A stretch of DNA of 63,048 nt, counting the filler, from Vannella sp. (Eukaryota): NCBI GenBank assembly GCA_023345925.1. It is 8 parts of 8 records of this genome, joined end to end, with 100 filler letters (N's around TTAATTAATTAA, not from the genome) between each part and the next. Parts side by side here need not be neighbours in the genome. Positions count along the whole stretch, not along the records: positions 30,559 to 37,710 come from JAJQQN010001353.1; positions 37,811 to 50,973 come from JAJQQN010000068.1; 6 more parts are not named here. One strand, written 5' to 3'. Shown in pieces: positions 35,669 to 48,461 of this stretch (position 1 is the first letter of the stretch; every line of letters starts with the position of its first letter). The translations under genes and the position numbers were made by a program. The notes under the pieces were generated by a model. It saw only the letters and a list, made by a program, of their open reading frames with translations. It did no database searches and had not been told where the DNA came from.

Positions 35669-37710
35669 ATGGAGGCTGGCCAGCCCTTGCAACCTGTATC
35701 GACCATACCTGTGTCGATCCTTATCTCTCGGTTGCTGAAGCAGTCGTACATATCATTGAATGAAGTGTTGGAGCTGTGAGTTGGTGTTGGTCCGTCCTCA
35801 TGAGTGGTTACTGACGGGTGTGTAGAGCGCCAACCAAGGATGAAGACCAGAAGAAGCGGGTTATCTTTGATTGGGCGAATACAACACGTGACCAGTGGAT
35901 GCGCCTTCTCGTCCTCTTGTCGTGGTCGAGGCAGAACAAAGCTGACTCGGCAGCAAATGCAATACCGTACACCTCTGGGCAGCTGGCCAACCTCCGAAGT
36001 CACCTACATCTCTACAATACGCTGGTAGATCGCGGAGCCTCCGAGATGGCGAATGTCCTGCAACCTGCCTGCCAGAACCGCACTCTCGCTGCGGATTTGC
36101 CAACTGCAATCGATGTGATAACCTCAGGAGAGTACATTCGACTCCCAGTAGCGATAAGTGGCTCTGCTCAGATGACTGAGCAGGAGGTGGTCCCCAAACC
36201 AACTGATCTTCGGCCGACCTACAGCCGCCTCCATGATCTGATTCAGTTCCGGTTGTTCTCTGAAGAGATTCCCTCTGCCTACACAAGCATCACAGTAGCT
36301 GATGGCCGCGCACTCTGCCAAGTAGCTGGGGAGTTTGAGATAGAACTCACTATTGTAAGAGAGGACGCCATAGCCTGGCGTGTTCTGGCTCTCCGTATCC
36401 TTGTCCAGCCTGCCAAAGAGAGTGGGGATGTTGTGCCAGAGAACCTGCAGCAGAACTTGGCTGATTTCTTGCAGTCACATATTCTCGATTGTGAAAGGCC
36501 GCTGAGAAAGATATTCGATATCACTCATCACTTCTGCTTGTCCTTGGGTTTCCAGATCCTCCAAAGTCAAGCCGCGGCTCTGGCAGAGGCAAGGAAAGGA
36601 CACTTGCTTTTAAACCTGGTTGGTGATGTGCTGACTGTGTTCTTCTGGACTGCTGGCCGCTCTTTGACTGATGTTCTCGCTGATGAAAACTACAAGAGTC
36701 GGTTGGATATCACAAAGATAACATTCGCGGACTCTCCACCTGTCTTGGGCATAAGAAGGGCCGAAAACTCTTCGCGCCATATGCTGGAGAGCCGCGTGGA
36801 TCTGTCTCAAGTTAGTCTTGAAGCCTTGCTATCAGACATGCTCAGTCACTTGGTGGCTGAAAGGCTATCTCTCTTGTATCGAATGATATGTAACAAGGCT
36901 GGTCAGAGTCTACCAATTCAGCTGGAGGATGTCTCTCTTGTCTCAAAGGATCTAAATAGGGTCCTGCAGACTTCCATTCACATCCATTTGTTGGAACGAG
37001 AGTACTTGATTATATCTATGGAGATCTACAGTGGCCATTATGTTGCCAGTCTTTCAACCAATCCGTCTCAGACGTTACTGGAGATGAATAAGCTCTTGAG
37101 CCCTCTGACCGAGAACTCTTTAGCAATCATTTCTGAGATGAAGAAGGAAGCGGTGAGGACAATGATTGCCAAGTACTTGAAGATGTCCCAAATCATTCCT
37201 TTCGAGAAGCCCACTTTAACCTTTCCAGAATCGATTTCGCTCTCCCTCCCTTCACACGCCACATTCTTCCGTGTACCTGAGATATTCAACTTCCAAATGC
37301 CAAGCATTGGGCTTGTTGCTGTGATTTTGAGCGATCACTTTCAGTTGGATTTCTACTTCATTTTCGGAATTCCAAGTGCTTTGCCAAACGTGAACGTAAC
37401 CCACGTCATCTTACTGGCACAGGGCGTGCAACTTAGCGATGTTCAAAGTTCTGTTTCTCCCAAAACAGAGCCCCTCCCAGCTGGAGTCAGTCTGGTAGAC
37501 TTTAAGATAACCAATGGACCTCTGCTTGATGTTATAGAGTCTTTGGCACGCGCCGCTTATCAAATAGGTGGTATGATGAACTTCCAAAAGAAAAACATCA
37601 AAGATCATTCCCCGGTAGTAGGCCCGAATGGTGTACAGTTTTTTGTTGATAGCTACCAAAGCAAAGTCAAATTCTCATACGAAGAATCTAGGGAGCAGTG
37701 GTGTGCTTCT
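35669..37710 (+). CDS. MED14: Mediator subunit 14 (Rgr1), 3' truncated
   Basis: Med14 N-terminal domain: LISRLLKQSY..L...TRDQWMRLLVLLSWS...DLPTAIDVITSGEYIRLP, then VADGRALCQVAGEFEIELT and HHFCLSL..QIL.SQA. Confidence 0.85.
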
Positions 37711-37810
37711 NNNNNNNNNNNNNNNNNNNNNNNNNNNNNNNNNNNNNNNNNNNNTTAATTAATTAANNNNNNNNNNNNNNNNNNNNNNNNNNNNNNNNNN
37801 NNNNNNNNNN
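37711..37810. other. Artificial contig spacer
   Basis: N44-TTAATTAATTAA-N44. Confidence 0.99.
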
Positions 37811-38169
37811 TGCTCAATGGGTTCTCCATCCTGCAGGCCAACATTGCATTCGAATGTACGCCGAACATCGCTTCCACTCCGGAGCAAAGGACAAAACGAT
37901 CCGGATTCTCCATGTTGACACGCCCTAAGGACGGTCAAACCCATTGTTTCCTCTTCACGAGCAAGCATAACTTCGCGAATCAACTGAAAAGCTTGAAGGC
38001 AAAGCCCCTCTTTCGTACTTTGAGGGTCAATTGGGCGGGAATCCGATCCCTCGGATCAAGTCTGAGCTCCCCTTAAGAGTTACTCAGTCTCTCGCAAGTT
38101 ATTCTGAAAGGAGAGTACCTCACAGGGAAAGGGCGAAGGCCAGGGAGTTTCTGTGATCTTCATTTGGAG

Positions 38170-39135
38170 ATGGCAGTCTGTGGCAGCTCGGCTCGTCATG
38201 CGTTTGTGGTCGATGTTGGTGGAGCCTTGTGGAGTTGGGGCTGTAATGATTGCGGGCAGCTGGGAGGTTCTACTGGCACTGCTCCCAGACAAGTCCACTG
38301 GATCAGCCAGGCCAACGTCGCTGAGATCGCGCTCGGAGCGGAGAACTCTGTCTTCCTGGACGAGAAGGGGAAGGTCTGGGAGATCGGAATGTCTCCTAAA
38401 GGCATGAGTCGAAGGTTTCAATCAACTTTGGGGCTTCCTTGCATCGTTTCCATCGCTGCAGGAGAGTTTTTTGCGGTTGCGATGGATAAGAGTGGGGGCT
38501 TGTGGTCTTGGGCAAGCTGTGGACGAGGATTCATCGATGGCCAACTGGGAGATCGACCTACCTTCCTTCCTCACCATCCAAGGAGGGTGTCTGGGCTCCC
38601 TGCCATCCACCAATTCGCTTGCGGTCCGACATCCACAGTGGCAGAGGCATCAGATGGCACGCTATGGACCTTTGGGAAACAGCTTGGACACAGAACTTGG
38701 CAGATAGATAGCGGCCAGTACAGAACAGAGCATTGCGGGGCCATCAAGCTCTCTTCTGCACCTCCTGGTCCTTTACGATATCTTGGTGCAGGAGAGAGCT
38801 ACGTGCTTGCTATAGATGCAAACAGGTGCATCTGGACTGCAGGACAACATGCATTTGGGGCGCTGGGAAGAGAGAACCAGTCGAGTGAATTCCAACCAGT
38901 TCTCGGTTTGAGTGGAGTTCTTCAAGCTTCTGCAGGATGGAACCATGTCCTTGCTCGAGAAGAGGATGGGAGAATGTGGTGTTGGGGATTCATGGGCCAC
39001 AAGTATCCTGAATGCCAAGTTGCCCTCCCAAAGCGATTGCCAGAGTTGGACTTGGTCCATTCCTTCATGCGGAAACGGATTCTCTCTCATCACACTGGAA
39101 CATGGAGCCATCGAACAAATCCAGCACAGCGTTAG
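38170..39135 (+). CDS. RCC1/BLIP-II repeat protein, intronless
   Basis: Repeats LWSWGCNDCGQLG, IALGAENSVFLDEKGKVW, IAAGEFFAVAMDKSGGLWSW, AGWNHVLAREEDGRMWCWG. The true start codon is uncertain. Confidence 0.85.
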   Translation: MAVCGSSARHAFVVDVGGALWSWGCNDCGQLGGSTGTAPRQVHWISQANVAEIALGAENSVFLDEKGKVWEIGMSPKGMSRRFQSTLGLPCIVSIAAGEFFAVAMDKSGGLWSWASCGRGFIDGQLGDRPTFLPHHPRRVSGLPAIHQFACGPTSTVAEASDGTLWTFGKQLGHRTWQIDSGQYRTEHCGAIKLSSAPPGPLRYLGAGESYVLAIDANRCIWTAGQHAFGALGRENQSSEFQPVLGLSGVLQASAGWNHVLAREEDGRMWCWGFMGHKYPECQVALPKRLPELDLVHSFMRKRILSHHTGTWSHRTNPAQR

Positions 39136-39882
39136 TGCTGAAGCGGATTCCTTGCCAGATCCACCGAGAGTTCGAGCAAGGCAACTGGGAAGTAGACCCA
39201 AAAGCGCAAAGAGTGCGCACTTTGAATAGTCTAGGCGCACACCAGATCAAATCTCGCTTCTCAATCACATAGAACTCATCTTCCACCAACTCAAATCCCT
39301 TCGAAGAGACTCCCCATCCTATTTTTGAATGGAAAAGATAACCTTTTCTACGGATGGCGCCAAAACGCAACGCATTTATTTGGTGTGTGCGGTACTGAAG
39401 ATGACTCCGATCAATCAGATTGCTGTTTGCAATGGAGAGAAGGATACTGCGTTTGTTGAGGAAGCGGACCTTAACCTTATTGCCTTTTCGGAAAGAAGGA
39501 GAAGAGTTTGCTTTTTGGTGTGGTATGCTGTGGCAGGGGCAATACCGCGCAAATGGTTTAATCAAAGACTACTTTGAGTCCTTTATGAATGAGAGATGAA
39601 CAATGCGTGTGCTAAAACGCCCCTCTCGTGTCAGGCGAAGAGCTGGCTGTCCTTGATCTCTTCATTCTCTTGCATGAAGCGCAGAAAAGTCGTGCCCAGC
39701 CAACCCCTTTACAATGCAGGCTTCTACTTCTCTCTTGGTTGTCTGGTGCAGGCTGCGCTCTCGCTGTCGCGTCGGATCACCACTCAAGCCCGTTCTTTGG
39801 GACTGGACTGTGGGTTGGCCAATCGCATCCAGGCTGGCTTTCAAAGTCGAAGGCGTGTGATTGGCTCCAGCTGATTCCTTCA

Positions 39883-40563
39883 TTCTTTGGTTGTCCTTTG
39901 AATGACGGTATCCCTGCAAGTCCATTGGCAACGAGAGATTGCGAACGCGCCTTCTGTAGATCTGGTGTTTCTAGAAGGCAGCTTCCCTTCCCGCAACAAG
40001 GAGCTGAAAGGATGGGTGAGGGTCCCCAGTGGCCATGGGAGTGGCTACAAGCAGAGCCTAAACCTTCCTCCTGTTCCTTAAGAGTCATTAGTGCCAATGA
40101 TAGCCAAGGTGGAGAGTGGCGGACTGATGCGTCAAGGAATCTTCCGACTTTCCGGGAGTATCTGAGGTAAAGGAAATCATCAACGATCTCAACAAAACCT
40201 ATCTTCCCATTAATCTCTCTTCACGAGGACCACACGAAGTGGCAGACTGCCTCAAGAAGTATCTGCGCACTTTACCAGAGTCCTTAATGCCCGATGACCT
40301 CTACGAAGAGTACATGGCCGTTGGTAAGAAGTTCTGGGACTTCTGCAGAGAGTGGCACTTACCTGGATTTCTTCCCCAAGTCCCTCGATGTAACGCATAA
40401 TCCGTCCGCCAGTCACATTGAGTCCATTCCACTTGCTCTTGACAAAGATTTGGAAGAGGATCTGTGCTTTGTGATTAATAAGCTCCCTACGGCACATGAA
40501 GAGTCTTTGAGACAGATTTGCCAGCTCCTCCACAGAATTCAGTCCTTCAGCACTGATAACAAG
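39883..40563 (+). pseudogene. RhoGAP-domain gene, frameshifted and apparently incomplete
   Basis: FFGCPL..., GLMRQGIFRLSG (Arg finger), a frame change at about 40157-40166, then PHEVADCLKKYLRTLPESLMPDDLYEEY and LPTAHEESLRQICQLLHRIQSFSTDNK. The expected M..NLA.VFGP exon was not found. Confidence 0.7.
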
Positions 40564-40750
40564 TAAATGCTCACTAAATCTTCTATCCTTTTGACGTCCA
40601 AAGCGCTGTTCCTTCCACAAGACAAGTTCTCCTTTACAATCTTGCCTGTTCACTCAACAGGAGAGTGAGGCCATTCGGAACAGTATCAAATGATCAAGTC
40701 AAATGCTTCGACGAACTGCCCGTCGTCTTATTGCATTTTCCTCCCACATA

Positions 40751-40771
40751 CCCTAAACCCTAAACCCTAAA
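40751..40771. repeat. Interstitial telomere-like tract (CCCTAAA)3
   Basis: Three perfect tandem copies of the complement of TTTAGGG. Confidence 0.8.
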
Positions 40772-41479
40772 CTGCTGGTGGAGAAAGAGGATGAAGATCA
40801 AGAGGGCACAAGCTCGGTTCATTGCCAGTTAACAAGCTTGAGTCAACAAGAGACTTCAAGGCGACGAACTTTGTACGATCCAAACGGGTTGGAGGAGAAG
40901 TGGTGTGGCGGTGCGAGATCATCCTTTGGGGACCCATCAGATGCCCGACCTCGTCTGGGGATTGATATCGGAGCGCTTGGTCGATATCCAAGAGTTGCGA
41001 AGGTGAAAGCTCGGGTAGAAGCTATCTCCATGACGAAAGGCTGCAGACAATGACAGTTTGCAAATCACGACAGTACAGGACCTCTTTCCTGATTTGTATC
41101 TTCAGAAGACCCCTGATTTGGGTCTTTCCATGCATAACTCTGGTCTTCACTCCGCGGTGCACGCCGGTCCTTCTTTTTCTTTCGGTTCAATTGACCCTGG
41201 TTGAACACCCTTCACGACCATCGTTCGATTCTTATTTACCTTGAAGTCTGATGAAGGGTGTGGCGCGTTGATCATAGTCACCGGACATCAACCGCGTCTT
41301 GAAAAAGCAAAGCGATTTGATGTCCCTTGAATGGACTCTCGCAAACTGATTCGGTAAGAAGATTAGGGCAAGAACGCTGTCAGAAACCCTTAAAGAGGTG
41401 CAATCAGTAGCTCAACGCGAGTAAAGAGAGTAGCAAGATGTCTCAGTAACGGTTTAGAAGCAGCACAGAATGCCAAAGA

Positions 41480-42651
41480 CTAAATCGCATTGTTCCAGTT
41501 CCATTCTACAGACAACAACGAGGTGCAGTATGGCTCCGAAGGATGAGCAAGATGATCTAATTCTGGCCAAAGCGCTCTGCGAAAGGCAGTCTGGGCTTCT
41601 GTGGAAGTCGGATCGTTTCGGTGTTTCACAAACTCGTCAAAAAGTGGAGAGTATCCAAACTGATGTGCCAAGTCCCTAAACTTATCTCTGATATGGTCAA
41701 ACTCTTCAGGCGTCCATCTAACAAACAACGAACAGCAAATGAGAACTTTCTCACAGTAAGTGGTAAGACGACTTACTTTGCCAGGCTTATCCCAATCTCC
41801 TTGTCCTCCACACATGGGTTTCTGCTGATTATGTCTCGTAAGGCCTCTTGATTTGTGTGGTCCAAGACTTCAGCAAAGTCAAGAAGAATCTCCAATCCGG
41901 AATGAAGGCAAATGCACAAGTCTTCGTGACGAATCCACAACGTTGGAGTTCTTTCTGTGAGATGATATCCCTGCCAGAAGGAGTGCCACTCCCCATACTT
42001 CTCAATATACTCTTCTTTCGGTTTCTCTGACCACATTTCGGACAGTCTGGAGTCATTATCGTGGTGAATCCAGGCATCTATGTTATCAAATGGATTCCTC
42101 ACGATATGTATGATCCGTTCGTGACGTGGTAGAGGGTAGCCGAAGTGTCCACACACCTTCTCGTACACAGGAAAGTTCGTTTGGACCAAGAATGGAACGT
42201 TTTCCGGAGGTGGCGAGTTGAAGGCACACTTCTTCACCTCTTCTCTTGGATCTTTAAGGCAATAGAGCTTCCATGGTCCCGTCTGGAAGTCATATGCGTG
42301 AATGTACGTCGGGTTCGTTGGGTATTGAGAGAAGGAGGCGATTGTGCTCGCCTTTTCGTAGAGAGCGCCAATGAGGTACTCTCCAGTGACGGGATAGGTT
42401 GCTAGAAGTACAATGTCACGTTTGGCATTCGTTGCAGGGAAGCAGACAACGTCTGATTCGATAAATAGCTGATCCTCTGGTGCCCCTTCCTCCTCCAAGC
42501 ACCGTTGGAGCTTGTCCATCTGCTTTGGGCTCAGTCCCAGCCCCGTTCGTTGTGGGTGAAAGCTTAGACCATAAAACAGAGCCATTCCAACCACCACTGC
42601 AACCGAGAACAGAGAGAAGAAGGAAGCCAGCGACTTCTTGTCTATCTCCAT
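41480..42651 (-). CDS. Type II membrane sulfotransferase-fold protein (WSCD-like), 2 exons
   Basis: N-terminal TM; LLATYPVTGEYLI (5'-PSB position), IIHIVRNPFDNI (3'-PB), WIRHEDL, ...QFGY. Confidence 0.65.
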
Positions 42652-42751
42652 CACCGCCCACTCAAATGACATTTTCCATTGAAATCGCACTACAATTTCA
42701 TCATTCCACCTGCAATTGCAAGTTATTTTCTCTTTGGCACTAACCTTCGCC

Positions 42752-45700
42752 ATGATCTCTCCCAGAGCCAAGGGAGGGGATCTGGTTGAGGCAGAGGTCG
42801 ACTTTCTATCGTCTCTCAAGCCGGAGCAACGAGCGTCAATCGTAAGCGGAGCGGAAGACTACGAAAAGGTGGTGGCAGCAGGGGTGGGGGCGGATGCTAT
42901 TCCTTCCCTCTTGACGGCTCCTTTGAATGATTGGGTAGTGGAGAGTGTTATCAAGAAGCCTCGCAATGCACAGCCATCTGTGACGGTACGCGCTTCTCCT
43001 TCTCCTCTTCGATGGACAAGTTCTTACAGAAGATGAAGGCGGAGTTGAAAAGGCTTGCTGTTGGCACCCAGGTCGGCCCTCATGTCGAGATATACGACAA
43101 AGTAAGCTCTCGTCTCACTCAACTGACAAGGAAACTAACCCACCACGCTCCAGGACTTCCTAGTTGTTAAGAGAAGCTACTTTAATGGTGACTTGCCCGT
43201 CTCCAGGCCAGAGCTGCAGCCTATCGCGAACATAGATTGGCCAGAGAACTCTATCAACGATCCTGATAGGGAAGCAAAGCTCTTCTTGAGCGTCAACATC
43301 ATCCGCACATACAAACAAGAAGACGAAGCGCGCGATCGAGCCCTACGCGAGTCTGCAGACCGCAAGGAGGTGTTCGACGTGTTCCCTGTTCAACGTTCGA
43401 CTGAACGGATGGTACTTGATGAGCGTCGTCTTCAGCCACCCTTCGCTCATCATCACACGTAAGTGCCTCTTCGTTCTGGAAGCTCTGACTGATACCTTGA
43501 AGCGTCACTCGTCTCTATGTCGAGTGCGAGAAGCTCACATTTACTCTGGGTGATGTTGAACCGTTCTTCTGCTCAGCAGCATTGTATGATTTGGCGAGAA
43601 AGGTGCGAGTGTCAGAGAGTTGGAGCTTCGATTGCAATACTGGAGCTTCCGTCACCATGCTGGGAGCGCGGCTAGCAAAGCAAATTGAGACTTCTTCTCG
43701 CAAAGCAGTGTTCAATGTGGCAAACCCCAGCCCAGACACTGTTCTGCTCATTCGGGTGGAGAAGGTTCTTCGGGGACTGGAACTTGACGCCTCTATTGAG
43801 CCGTACGTTAAGGGGCAACTGAAGCCTAAGGAACTCCAAAAGCTTGAGAAGGAGATTGAAGCGAACATACTTCGCCTTGGTGACTTTTGGCAGCCGTTTG
43901 CTTGGGGCTCTATCAATCTATTCGATGAGACAGGACAGCTTCAAGTGGGAGACTTTACACAGATTAAGCTGGTCCGCGCGCGTCTTGATGACACAGAGCA
44001 AATGATACTCGAACAGATCAAGAAGCGCCAGGGAAAGGAGAAGAAGATTGTGGCACTTCCAAGTGACTTTGTGTTCAACTTTAAGATACTTTCAGAAGAG
44101 CAACGGAACGGAGTGAAGGATCTAGTGGATCCCAGCTATATTCCTGCTAATTCCGAGATGGTGACTACTCCAGCCACAAGAGAGATTCAAGACTTCACAG
44201 AGTTTGAGAACGTGATGGAGCCCAATTTGGAATTCGTCAATAACCTTTATGTGTACCCTGAAGCTGTCAACTTTATGAAGCACAAGGACAGTGCCAGTCG
44301 TAACATAAGCGTGCGTGTGCAAGTAAAGGACTCTGATGCACAGCTGGAAAGCACTGGTCTTAACGTAAGTCTACAATTTAGTCTGAAACTCTGTCTGATC
44401 CTTTCGCAGATTATTTATGGCAAGAGTTCAATGACTTCTCATCGCAGTCTTGCTCGCACTCCTGTTTTCTACCATAAGAAAACACCTACCTTTGTTGAGG
44501 AGGTCAAGGTTAGATTGCCAGCTGTTCTGACTCAACAGCATCACATCCTCTTCACTTTTACCCATGTCCTGTGCCAAGCCAAAGGGAAATCGGCGGAGGT
44601 GGAGAACATCCTCGGCTACGCCGCAATTCCCTACTTTTCTGATAGCAAGATACTGGAAGATTCAGTCTACACTGTGCCTGTGGCGTCTTCTATTATCCCG
44701 GGATATCTCTCTCCGGATGCGGAAGCTAGTATCAAATGGGTTGATAGTAAGAAGCCAATCTTTACATTCAGGACCAAGCTGTGTTCCACCATCTTCTCTC
44801 AGGATAGTAACTTGAATGAGTTCTTCAAGCAGTACGAAATGGGCAGCAATAGCAAGCAACTGGTCATGGCTCTCCGAAAATTGAGTGTGGTAGAGACCAA
44901 TGGACTTGCGCAGTTCTTCCCTGTCATTCTCAACATGTTGCATCATGTGCTTTGCACTCACACAGATTCAGTGGGCCAGGAGGCATTCGAAGCCTACCTT
45001 GTAGTCCTAAAGAAAGTGGGCTCATTGACTGTGAATGGTGTCAGCAACGACCGAATGCTCCAATTCTACATCCACTACATCTTCAGAAACCCTGAAGTAG
45101 ACATCACTCAGCCACCTTATGTAGCTATCATGAACTTCCTCTCAAATGCTTTGGAAAGTCAAGATCAGCCGCTGATTGAGCGGGCTGTAGAACAGGCTCC
45201 TTACCTTTTCGAGATCACTGCCAAATCAATGGCCTTGGACCTAGACAAGAGGCGTCTCCTCAGTGAGTTACTATGCACCAGTTTATTGTCATATCTAACA
45301 TACAGGGTAGACGGATCGCGGTTGGGTTCCTTCCCTACGACGTTCTACACAACGTTGCGGAATACAGTGAGGAATCTGACTTCTGTAATGATGAAGGAGC
45401 CCAATTCACGACTGGCTCATTCTTTGGGTCTCTTCTTTAAAGACCTCCTCTCTCTTATTGATCGTGGAGTGGCCTTCCAGTTGATTAGCAGCTATGTCAG
45501 CCGTATAGAGCCAAAGAATGACCGCTCCGAACTTGTCAGCCAGAAATGCGATGTCCTTCGCATTGTCTGCTGTCACGAACACTTCATTCCCATCAGTCGT
45601 CCAGTCATTGGTGAATCATTCTCGGTCACTCACCTCTTTGAGGATTATTGGTGCGTGTCCCCCGTTCTCCTCTTGTGTTATGGAACTCACATTACAACAG

Positions 45701-48169
45701 GAGGCGCCACTTTTTAGTGGGACTCTTGATTGATGAAGTGACTGGCTGTTTGAGTACTCCTTTGTACCCAATAACTCGGATGGCGGGTCTTCAGTGCCTC
45801 AGGGATGTAATGTGGACCATTTCCAATTCTACCCATTTCGATCATCCTCAAAAGCGTGAGCGAGTGGCTAGCATGTTCTTCCCCTTCATTCTTTCAGCAG
45901 TGGAACGTGTGGACATCTTCAAGCTTCAAATTAATGACAAGCCAGAGATGATGGAATGGGCTGTGTGTGTTCTATGGATATTGAAACACTGCAACCGAGA
46001 GAAGATTCTTTGTAAGTGGTGGGCTGAAGACACTCAAAAGAACCACGTCGCTTTCCTCCAGCTTCTTCACACGTGTATTGGAGTATCTACGGACGAGCAC
46101 TTCAGCCGCGAGAGCAGTTTCATTGTTCTCGACGTGTTAGAAGACTATTTGGAGGTAATGCTGAACGAGCTCGCCTCTGAGGATGGCCCAATCTTCGAGA
46201 ACTATTTCAAGACTCTCATCCTCCTTATCAGTACTCGGCAAACGACATCATTCCTGTCTTCAGCCTTCTTCACCATCCGCCGATTTATTCATCGTCTTGG
46301 GGTTCAAATCTTTTCTTGGGACAACACAAGCTATTGTGAACGACTCTGTTACACTATTATGAGGTTTACTGATGCTGAGAACGTCATTACTCGCTCTGAA
46401 GCTGGTTCTCTTCTCTATTTGATCATCAAAACTAACTTTGGTGTCCGCCAAAACTTCTCTCGAGCGAAATTGCAGTCCACAATCGCAGTCTCTCGAATGT
46501 GCGGAGAATCTGAAGGACATGTAAGATTTCCATTCAAACGCTTGATAGAACTGACGCAGCATTATTAGGAGTTCAAGAACCTGCAAAGAACCCTGAACTA
46601 CGTCGCCAAATTAGCGAAGAAAGAGTTCCAGACTGGAACGTTGGGAGATGAAGTTGAAACTCTTGTAGTGCGTCTGTTCAGGGTCATCAGAGACAGTATG
46701 AACATCTTCAAGTACAATTACGACCCAGAGATGATTGCTGAGCTCACATACAAGGTGTCTCTGGGCTACAAGGAGTCTCCAGATCTTCGATTGACGTGGC
46801 TTCAGAATCTTGTGGCATTCCAAAAGACATCCCGCAATTTCGAAGAGCTGGCGCAGGTAAAATTCGTCATTGCTGGCCTCATTGTCGAGTCACTCCGTAT
46901 CAAGGCAATGGCCCAAAGGTCAAAGGTAACGCATACTGGCCTACCGCGTGCCAAAGAGGATTTAGTTAACATCTGCCCGAACATCATAATCGAGCCAGAG
47001 CATCCGCTTCCCGTAAACAACGACGAGAATCTCTTCAACTCGGTCATGTTCTCTGAGAAAGGACTGATTGATACTCTCAACTCGTCCATTGGATGTCTCA
47101 AAGCTTGCCAGAAATATGAAGTGTGTATTGACATGTACAATGTCCTCCTCGAGTACTACCAAACTCGGAAGGACTACGGCAATTTGACTATCAGCTTTGG
47201 CGAATTATCTGGAGTATGCAATCTACTGGTTTCAACCGATAAGAGCGAAGGCCGCCTCTTCAACAACTATTATCGAGTTCTCTTTGTTGGGAGTGCCTTT
47301 GGCGAAATCAATGGCAAAGAAGTTGTTTACAAGGAGGATGCAATGGTTCGTGTTGCAGAGTTTACGGAGAAGCTGAAGCTTCAGTTCAGTAAGATTGGAG
47401 CGTTGGTTATGTTGCCCAATGGTGCAGTGGATCTCTCCAAGTTGGATACCAGCGGAATCTACGTGCAAGTGATTGCCGTCTTACCTTACTTGGAAGATGG
47501 GGACACGGCGCGCAAGACGGAGTGGGATCGTAACTTTAACATCAATCGCTTCATCTACGAAACTCCTTTTACCTCCACGGGCAAATCCCATGGTGACTTG
47601 TCGGTACAGTGTAAGAAGAAGACGATTATTACCACTCAATTCAGCTTCCCTTATGTCCGTAAACGACTTGAAGTGGTAAATAGAGATGAAATCATCCTCC
47701 AACCATTGCAAAATGCAATCGAAATCATCCAAAACCGTGAAAAAGCACTCCGAAGGGAACTTCAACTCTCTCCTCCCAACTCAAAGACTCTTCAGATCCA
47801 GCTGCAAGGTGCTGTTCTTGCTCGTAAGTGCCTTTTCCTCTTTTCCACTTTCTTGTTGAACTTATCATTGGAATAGAGGTGAACGCTGGCCCCATTGAGA
47901 TCGCCAAGACGTTCTTAGGAGTCAATGCTATCCATCACACTCCACCAGCAGGCTCGAGTGGCATCCAAGATGACTTGCAAATGCTATGCGCATCTCTGAA
48001 GGAGTTTGTGGTGGTTTGCAAGTTCGCCCTGAAGCTCAACACAACTCTGATACAACCGGACCAAATCCCTTTCCAAACAGAATGCGAAGCGAGCTTCCTC
48101 AAGCTGAAAGACCAAGTGGACCAAATCATTGCCTCCACACCCGGTACCACCTTCTATGTCCCTTCCTAA
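42752..48169 (+). CDS. Second DOCK-C/D (Zizimin/DOCK7-like) Rho GEF, multi-exon
   Basis: EPFFCSAALYD..RKVRVSESWSFD, FVNNLYVYP, EEVKVRLP..LTQQHHILFTF, SPDLRLTWLQNL, RFIYETPFT, LQIQLQGAVLAQVNAGP. Confidence 0.95.
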
Positions 48170-48277
48170 CACTCTTCCCTTCTACCCTCTACCTTCTGAG
48201 CAGTACTAAACTTATTCTACTTCCTCCAGAGACGTTGGATCGACAACAGCTCTTTTGTCATCCACGTTTAAACAGTA

Positions 48278-48438
48278 CCTCTAAATTCGATCGGGACCTT
48301 TACCAATGAATTTTTTATATGTTTTGGTTGAGGTACTTTTTGATCAACCCTCCAAACGATGGAAAAGTCGCCCTCTTTAAAACATATAAAATTATCATTC
48401 ATGTTGGTGCCAGTCGGATTTAGAAGCACTTTTCAGCG
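48278..48438. mobile_element. Internal segment of the foldback/MITE family (no outer arms)
   Basis: CCTCTAAA..ATCGGGACCTTTACCAAT...TTTTTAT.TGTTTT...CTCCAAACGA.GGAAAAGT.GCCCTCTT.AAAACATATAAA aligns by eye to 14296-14450. Confidence 0.75.
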
Positions 48439-48461
48439 GCGCCCGGTACTTGGAGTGAACG

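Noticed and set aside
40078..40084. Apparent in-frame TAA suggesting stop-codon reassignment
   Set aside because: It falls at an intron acceptor (TTAAG). TAA, TAG and TGA all terminate conserved genes here, so the code is standard.
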